From a virus, in IMG/VR virus record IMGVR_UViG_3300050190_000082, positions 32,001 to 96,000 of that record: a stretch of DNA of 64,000 nucleotides; one strand, given 5' to 3'. Made by a program: the position numbers and the translations under genes. Positions 57,483-64,000 of this stretch are shown here, in pieces (position 1 is the stretch's first letter; the number at the start of each line of letters is the position of its first letter). Below the pieces are notes generated by a model. That model saw only the letters and a program-made list of their open reading frames with translations, did no database searches and was not told the DNA's origin.

Positions 57483-60400
57483 TTAATACAGGTAAACTGT
57501 TCCTGCGAACCCAGATGCTCCTCCAAATATAGTAATCGTGTTAACATCCACATTGTAATAACCAGGAGTATAACCTCCAGCATCTTGAGCAAACATTACT
57601 ATTGGTCTGTAACCTAAATTGTGCGTAAAGTTTATAGATGAGCTTGATGTGACAGTTCCCGCCCAGTATGTCATGTAATTTCTACCTGTTTTATTATAAC
57701 CTAATGCAGAGGTCATAATACCAGAACAAGTAATATTGCCAGTTGCTGTTAGTGTACCCCCTACAGAAACAGTGGCTCCATAGAAATAGCAACTATTGTC
57801 GAAAGAAGATATATCTGTATGTATTACTCCACCTGCATCCATACTCGCGACATTAAGACTATCCCCACCCTGTGCTACCGAATGTATCATAGTTAGGTAT
57901 GGAAGATTGTATGAACCGCTAGCTCCGATACCCATTTCGAAACATTGTGTTGTTCCGTTGAACCCTTGTATTGTAGACTGCTGTATTGATACATAATTTG
58001 AATCCGCAGTCTGTAGGGTTGACCCTGTAATAGTTACCCCTGAAATAGTCCCAGCTATCAAATTTCCAGGAATTGAAACATTTCCATCTGCACTAATGGT
58101 AACAGGATTCTTACCTGTCATACCAAACTGAGCAGAGCCATCTACATTAAGCATAAATGTTGGTTGATTAGCATTATATGTAACTATACCGATTGTGGAA
58201 TTTGTTCCACCTAAGACATCCCTTCCCATTGCAACACCTGTTAATATTGGTGATGATGCCGTTCCAGCGTTACCGTTAACATAGGTGCGACCCTCAAATG
58301 ATCCGTTTATACCAGCAAATATCTTAGGTGTTATGATTGAATCACCTGAGATCGTTACCTTTAATCCATTCCATTCTGATACCCAATCTAATAGGTTAGC
58401 ATCTACTCCGTTTGTCCCATTCATTCCATTTGTACCGTCAGTGCCTTTGATTAACGCCCATATATACATACTGACTGATAAGGAATCCGCTAACGTAAAG
58501 TCTGTATATTGACCTAAATAAGTACCCACAGTTTCGCCAGAATTTGCAGTAAATGTAGCTCCCCCATCATTAGAATATTTTATATGGAGATAAGATGTTT
58601 GACCATTTGTTCCATTTACCCCAGGAGTTCCGTTTGTCCCATTATTCCCGTTTAATCCATCAATTCCTTTAATTAAGTTCCAGTTATATGCAGATGGTGA
58701 ACCAGAACTACTAGAGGTATAATCAACATATGTCCCTATATAAGTTCCACTTGTATAATTAAATCCAGATGAACCATCTGAACTATTCGCATATGCTACA
58801 TGAAAATAAGTCGTTTGACCAGTTGCGCCCGTATTACCTTGGACTCCTTGAGCCCCTGTGTTACCAGTATCCCCTTTTGCTACTATACATATCCAGTAAG
58901 ATGGATTACCAACTGGTATTACTCCATAGCTAGTAGCTGACACACAAGCATATAAACTTCCTAAATAATTTACTGTGTCAATATATGACGTGTTATTTAC
59001 ATAGGTTGTACCAGACATCCATGCTCCCATATTACGATAACTTACACCTGTTGCACCAGTTGCTCCACCAGAAGGTCCTATTGGTCCTATTGGTCCTTGT
59101 GCGCCTTGGATAGCCAATGTTCCCCAATAGGTAGTATCTGATACTGGGTGATTTAAGTTATTGTCCACTTCGCAATAATATGAACTAGCTCCATCTGTTA
59201 CAATGTCTGTATAGAGTAAATTGTTGGCATAAGTTGTTGAAGCATTCCATATACCCATTGCTCGAAAACTCTTCCCTGTTGCTCCTGTTGCTCCTAACGT
59301 CCCATTTATACCATTCGCTCCAGGTGTTCCTGTAGAACCTTGTTTAGCTTTACTATAAGTAAACCGTTTTGTACCAATTAATGTTCCAACACCAGCAGAT
59401 TTAATATCTAAGTCAATATAACCAGAATCGACAGTAGAGGGAACATAAGTTATAGTAACTGATCCACTTGTTCCATCAGATGAAGTAATAGCAGGACTTA
59501 ATATTATTCCTGAGTCTGATTTTGTGTTAAGATAAGCTACATAATTTGTACTAACATCTGTTGAACCCTGATAGACCTTAAATCCCGTACTCGCTCCTGT
59601 ATAAGATGTTACATTCCCACTATTGTCTGCAACTAATGTAACATCTTCATTGGTTAGGAAAATACTGAAACTATCAGAACCATCTTGAACTTGCACTAAT
59701 GTTACTGTATCAGTTAATGTATCACATACAACACTATTACTATTCGCCCCCGATACAACACATTTATAAGCATGTTGTTTGTCAGTAATAGCGAAATCAG
59801 ATGAATTTGAAACAGTATAACTACTAGAAACAGCATTAGATATTAATACACCATCTTTATACCAAGTATAAATTGGAATTGGAGTAGCATCAATATTTTG
59901 TAAATTTGCTGTTAAAGTAATTGCAGAGGGAGTTACTATTCCTGCTTTATTCATACTAAAAACTTGTCCAGAAAAACCTAATGCCATGTCATAAGCTAAA
60001 CCATCTTTACCATTATATACATCATTGATTGTGATTTGACCTCTTGCTATATTAATTGGCGTAGTCAATGTTTGAATATCACACACAAATGTTGCTTTTC
60101 CATCTACATCAAGATCAGTAATAGTTATTGATTTATATGTCGCACCAGTACCTTCCCAGCTACCTGTGCCTTTCCATACATGGTCAAGTGTTCCATCCTT
60201 ATCATAACGAGTCCAAATGTATGTATATTCAACACCTGTAAGATCAACCTCAACTCCTGATTTCCATATGTTTGTAGTTAAATTTGTTGACCCCACACCT
60301 TGAAGGAAAACTATACCATTACTTGCTGAAATATCAATTTGAAGTGGGTCAGTTTTATCAATAAAACTAATAATATCAAAACATGATTGTCCAATAGTTG

Positions 60401-61046
60401 AACTACCAGCCATATTATCTGTGATAATGCATTTAAATGATTCATAATTTAGTACAGTTGTATCCATAATTGTTAATTCATTCGTATTATATCCAGAACA
60501 TCCAGAGAATGTTGCATCTGCATTAATAGGAGTCCATACTCCTTCAACTATAATATACCATTGATAAGATACACCAGAAGTCTCTATTACTGATCCTCTC
60601 CACATATCACAATGAGCTTGTAAAGAAGGTGAAGCACCATTATTGAAAATCGCTCCATTAGGGGCATAGGCTACAGCCATAATTGTTGTTCCTTCATTTA
60701 TAGAACCCCCAGTGATAGGTGAACTATTACTAGAATTTTTATCTATATAAATATCAGAAATATCTCCAAATGGGGAAGTTAATAATACTACATCATTAAT
60801 CTGAAGAACTACTCCTGATTTATTTGATAAATGTGCTAATAATGAGGAAGTAGTACCATGATTTACTGATATATCAGCGTAAGTATCATTATCATAAGTT
60901 TGTACAATAGTACCATAATAATGTTTTGCTATTGGTTGACTATCAATTCCCTGTTTAACCCATTTTTTAACTTCTTTCATAAATTGATTCTGTTGTTTGA
61001 AATTTAATACCTGTTTTGATGGTGCTGTCGTTATTTTTGTTGTCAC
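57483..61046 (-). CDS. tail fibre / host-specificity protein with collagen-like repeats
   Basis: GxxG triplets interspersed with YFHVAYANS.DG and YLHIKYS.DGG modules and G.W...T.Y...D.V carbohydrate-binding repeats. Confidence 0.8.
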   Translation of the reverse strand: MTTKITTAPSKQVLNFKQQNQFMKEVKKWVKQGIDSQPIAKHYYGTIVQTYDNDTYADISVNHGTTSSLLAHLSNKSGVVLQINDVVLLTSPFGDISDIYIDKNSSNSSPITGGSINEGTTIMAVAYAPNGAIFNNGASPSLQAHCDMWRGSVIETSGVSYQWYIIVEGVWTPINADATFSGCSGYNTNELTIMDTTVLNYESFKCIITDNMAGSSTIGQSCFDIISFIDKTDPLQIDISASNGIVFLQGVGSTNLTTNIWKSGVEVDLTGVEYTYIWTRYDKDGTLDHVWKGTGSWEGTGATYKSITITDLDVDGKATFVCDIQTLTTPINIARGQITINDVYNGKDGLAYDMALGFSGQVFSMNKAGIVTPSAITLTANLQNIDATPIPIYTWYKDGVLISNAVSSSYTVSNSSDFAITDKQHAYKCVVSGANSNSVVCDTLTDTVTLVQVQDGSDSFSIFLTNEDVTLVADNSGNVTSYTGASTGFKVYQGSTDVSTNYVAYLNTKSDSGIILSPAITSSDGTSGSVTITYVPSTVDSGYIDLDIKSAGVGTLIGTKRFTYSKAKQGSTGTPGANGINGTLGATGATGKSFRAMGIWNASTTYANNLLYTDIVTDGASSYYCEVDNNLNHPVSDTTYWGTLAIQGAQGPIGPIGPSGGATGATGVSYRNMGAWMSGTTYVNNTSYIDTVNYLGSLYACVSATSYGVIPVGNPSYWICIVAKGDTGNTGAQGVQGNTGATGQTTYFHVAYANSSDGSSGFNYTSGTYIGTYVDYTSSSSGSPSAYNWNLIKGIDGLNGNNGTNGTPGVNGTNGQTSYLHIKYSNDGGATFTANSGETVGTYLGQYTDFTLADSLSVSMYIWALIKGTDGTNGMNGTNGVDANLLDWVSEWNGLKVTISGDSIITPKIFAGINGSFEGRTYVNGNAGTASSPILTGVAMGRDVLGGTNSTIGIVTYNANQPTFMLNVDGSAQFGMTGKNPVTISADGNVSIPGNLIAGTISGVTITGSTLQTADSNYVSIQQSTIQGFNGTTQCFEMGIGASGSYNLPYLTMIHSVAQGGDSLNVASMDAGGVIHTDISSFDNSCYFYGATVSVGGTLTATGNITCSGIMTSALGYNKTGRNYMTYWAGTVTSSSSINFTHNLGYRPIVMFAQDAGGYTPGYYNVDVNTITIFGGASGFAGTVYLY

Positions 61047-61081
61047 TTATATTTCACCCCATTGGAATAATTATTTATTAC

Positions 61082-62242
61082 TTATATGGTGGTCATAGTT
61101 AATCTGTCTTCAAAATCAGATGAATCGGAAAATAAGAATCCAGTTATTGTCATTGGTGATTTAGCCGTTAAACCTAGTTGAAACTGCTGGATTATATATT
61201 TCTTTGCGTAACATCCAATAGAGTCATCTGATATAATAATTGCCTTATTAACATCTAGATGAAGTAAATTTATACTACTTATTGATATATTTTCTTGTAC
61301 TCGTTTTGCTTTAATACCTTCCATTTTTGCTCTTTGATTACATAATTCATTAGAACTTATTTTTGAATCTGTAATTACTGGCATAGGTTTATCGCCTATT
61401 AATTGAACTCTAGTATTTGATGTTAAATCATCATTAATATATTCACCTGTATATGTAATTCCACTTGATGACGAATTTCCAACAACATAAACGTGATTGA
61501 AGGTTTGTGAGTATTTCAAAATTCTGCTTGAACCCATATAAGCTACTTGATCTGTAGAAAAGGTATATATCGTTTCAACTACACTGGCATCGCTAAATTC
61601 TTTAAATACAAAATGTCCTGTTGTGTCATAATATACTTCTCTGCTATAAAGATTAGCTAGACTTTTTAATACATCTCCATAAGTAGAACTTTCTGCCCAA
61701 CGAAGGTCAAAGGGAGGGGCATCAGGTAAATCTTGTAATATGGGAGCTTTCTTATCTCCAACTAATTCTAATATGCTTCTTATAGCATTAACAACGGAAG
61801 AGCCAGAGGGGATAATATATATATGTCCTATTGGAATATCAAGTAGACTCCACTTATCTTGACAGTTTAAAGTAACCTTTTTCTCACTAAAATTACTAGT
61901 AATAGAAGGATCTGAATTAAAAACACAGAAGATACCTTGTGGAAACCAAACTTCATTATCTTGACCGTCTTTATATCCTAAATATAATTGGAATTTAAAT
62001 CCTATCCATAGCGAATCTATCGAGGGCAAAAAATCTTTATTACTATTATCTAATATTAAAGATAAACTTCTTCTAACCCCATTTGTAATATCACAAGTTA
62101 GAGAAGATGAATCTAGGGGAAGTTTAATTATTGATGATTGAGCAGATTCGTCATTTCTCAGAAACTCTAAACGACATAATGGGAAAAGTATTCTTGAGTT
62201 TAAGCACTGAATATATTGCTCAAATGACATTTGATTTGCCAA
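61082..62242 (-). CDS. baseplate hub/tail protein (DUF5048-like)
   Basis: RRS..L.L.N, W...K.Q.Y.G, QGIF, DK.S.L, YYD..G.F patterns; position in the tail module. Confidence 0.6.
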   Translation of the reverse strand: MANQMSFEQYIQCLNSRILFPLCRLEFLRNDESAQSSIIKLPLDSSSLTCDITNGVRRSLSLILDNSNKDFLPSIDSLWIGFKFQLYLGYKDGQDNEVWFPQGIFCVFNSDPSITSNFSEKKVTLNCQDKWSLLDIPIGHIYIIPSGSSVVNAIRSILELVGDKKAPILQDLPDAPPFDLRWAESSTYGDVLKSLANLYSREVYYDTTGHFVFKEFSDASVVETIYTFSTDQVAYMGSSRILKYSQTFNHVYVVGNSSSSGITYTGEYINDDLTSNTRVQLIGDKPMPVITDSKISSNELCNQRAKMEGIKAKRVQENISISSINLLHLDVNKAIIISDDSIGCYAKKYIIQQFQLGLTAKSPMTITGFLFSDSSDFEDRLTMTTI

Positions 62243-62274
62243 ATTATATCACCTTCTTGCTATCATATCTTTTA

Positions 62275-63204
62275 TTATACGTCTCCTACTTCATTCCAAG
62301 GTATTGTTACATCTACAAGAGATTGTGCATTATCGCCTACCGCAATTACATCATTTAATTTATAATCAAATGTATTTGCAGTAGATTCAGTAATCACCTT
62401 AATCAATTGCCCTGTTTTGCTCTTTAGGTACTTATATTTTTTATCATGCAAAAATGTACCTAAACTTTCTAAGTAATCGCTCCACCGAATTTTTGCATCA
62501 AAATCCAACAAACCATTAGAATCGAAGGGAATTAACTTTGAAGTTATCGCACCAGACCTAAAATTTCTATTACTTACAACGAATGTATCAAATTTTGTAT
62601 AATTCTGAAGCATTGTAGTATTTGAGTTAATCGTTACTTTATCGCTCGTTGTATCAATATCAAATTTATACACCTCAACATTAGAATTAATATCAACATC
62701 CATACTATCTGCGTCCTGAGAAATTATAAAATATCCATAGAATGATGTCTTCTGAATGTCCGTAATTATGGGTTCACTTATCTGAGTAGCAGAATTAGCA
62801 AATAATAAATATTCATAGGATTGATTCCCTTCACATTTATAATCAATCCAACTCGTTATATCAGGATTTACTGTCGTAACTAAAGTTAATATATCACCCT
62901 CATATATTCTTCTATATAGTGACCAACTTACAGGGCTATCTACCAGTCCGAATATATTACTTCCATCTAAAGTATTATTAAAACTTGCTAGAAATTTTAC
63001 ATCAGGAGTCCATGATGGTAATGTACTTATGCTTGTAGTTAAAACTTGTGAATCTGTTTTTACATAGTTTTGTATTGCTATTGAATCTAATGTACAGTTA
63101 CCATTAAAGGTAAAACCAGTATGTACTTCATTATGCAAAGACACATCAGTTATAATTGTCTGGATTCCCGAAGAATCCATTAAAAATCCATTATTAGTTG
63201 ACAT
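62275..63204 (-). CDS. tail/baseplate protein
   Basis: Position; W.LYRR, YEY.L, C-terminal W.EVG motif of distal tail proteins. Confidence 0.55.
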   Translation of the reverse strand: MSTNNGFLMDSSGIQTIITDVSLHNEVHTGFTFNGNCTLDSIAIQNYVKTDSQVLTTSISTLPSWTPDVKFLASFNNTLDGSNIFGLVDSPVSWSLYRRIYEGDILTLVTTVNPDITSWIDYKCEGNQSYEYLLFANSATQISEPIITDIQKTSFYGYFIISQDADSMDVDINSNVEVYKFDIDTTSDKVTINSNTTMLQNYTKFDTFVVSNRNFRSGAITSKLIPFDSNGLLDFDAKIRWSDYLESLGTFLHDKKYKYLKSKTGQLIKVITESTANTFDYKLNDVIAVGDNAQSLVDVTIPWNEVGDV

Positions 63205-63239
63205 AATTTATCACCATCCAAAAGCTACATATTGGTATT

Positions 63240-63728
63240 CTAACCATAGTAACTTATTCCAACTTGCAAGATTGTTGCTGTTACTGTAATTCCGAAAGTA
63301 TTCTCATTAGTGTTTTGCACTACAGTCCTAACAGTCGTTGAGTTAAGTCTAGAATAACTTAGTAGCCGTACTGATTGAACGTAGTTAGGTGTCTTCAATC
63401 TAACACAAATATGATCATCATCATACACCTTAAAAGGAGATGGCATAGTAATATCAATGGTACGAGTCTCAAAGGGATTTAACGTTGGTGTAACATGACT
63501 TTCTACAAGAGTGTTATACCCATATTTCTTAGTTACGCTTTGTGCGTCATGGACTATGGAACTTTCATTAAGTTTTGTCGTTGTTGTGAGCATAGAATTG
63601 GAAGCACTTGCAATAGCATCAGAAGCATTTGCATTAGCTATTACTGCTCCTACTATATCTCCAAAGCTATCTGTGCTTGCAGAACTACCTGTATCTGGTA
63701 TCTGTATTCCATTTGCCGTAGTTTTCAT
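63240..63728 (-). CDS. hypothetical structural protein
   Basis: AGGAGG RBS; MKTT.NG.Q.P start typical of tail proteins. Confidence 0.55.
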   Translation of the reverse strand: MKTTANGIQIPDTGSSASTDSFGDIVGAVIANANASDAIASASNSMLTTTTKLNESSIVHDAQSVTKKYGYNTLVESHVTPTLNPFETRTIDITMPSPFKVYDDDHICVRLKTPNYVQSVRLLSYSRLNSTTVRTVVQNTNENTFGITVTATILQVGISYYG

Positions 63729-64000
63729 AAATGATACCCCTCCTTTATTAATATGTTATCTAATTATTTGTTTGTACCATAAAAGCAACAGGATAAGTAA
63801 ACATGTCAGAGACTTTTAAATCAACTATATTTTTAACTTTATTGTATACGTTATATTGTCTAATTATTGCTCGATCAGGAAGACAAATTATATAGAATGG
63901 ATTTTCTGTAATTTTAATCAATTCGCTGTAATTTGTTATCCCATTTATTATTGTGTAGAATTTTTGTTGACTAAGATTATATCCAATCTGATATTTGCTA

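Noticed and set aside
53362-61046. Diversity-generating retroelement or invertible tail-fibre switch
   Set aside because: No reverse transcriptase, invertase or TR/VR repeat pair visible in the window
43144-63819. Plus-strand short ORFs within tail, lysis and accessory genes
   Set aside because: Shadows of long minus-strand CDSs

Overview
AT-rich window from a large SPbeta/c-st-like temperate phage of a spore-forming Firmicute. A CWB2 surface protein resembling those of Desulfosporosinus/Peptococcaceae hints at the host (inference). The + strand from 0.6 to 26.7 kb holds a self-contained lytic replisome (SSB-like protein, AAA/Sak4-like ATPase, DnaB-like helicase, primase, PD-(D/E)XK nuclease, DnaE, RecD2), nucleotide metabolism (NrdD/NrdG, dUTPase, ThyX-like, dNMP kinase, HAD nucleotidase) and many small accessory ORFs. 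The - strand from 44.5 to 64 kb holds tail and lysis genes. Between the two arms there is no integrase. Instead there is a plasmid-type maintenance region: a mini lambda-O-like initiator with iterons, DnaA boxes and candidate countertranscript RNAs; a ParA/RHH system; an actin-like ParM/ParR system; and a relaxase-less pilin-like/TraG-HerA-like ATPase/M23 module near sporulation-sigma-like promoters. This suggests a phage-plasmid. Other highlights are a covarying pseudoknotted RNA leader ahead of two endonuclease paralogs, a repeat-flanked tailspike plus receptor-modification cassette, and a cysteine protease inside the lysis module. All calls come from motif reading only; no database searches were run.
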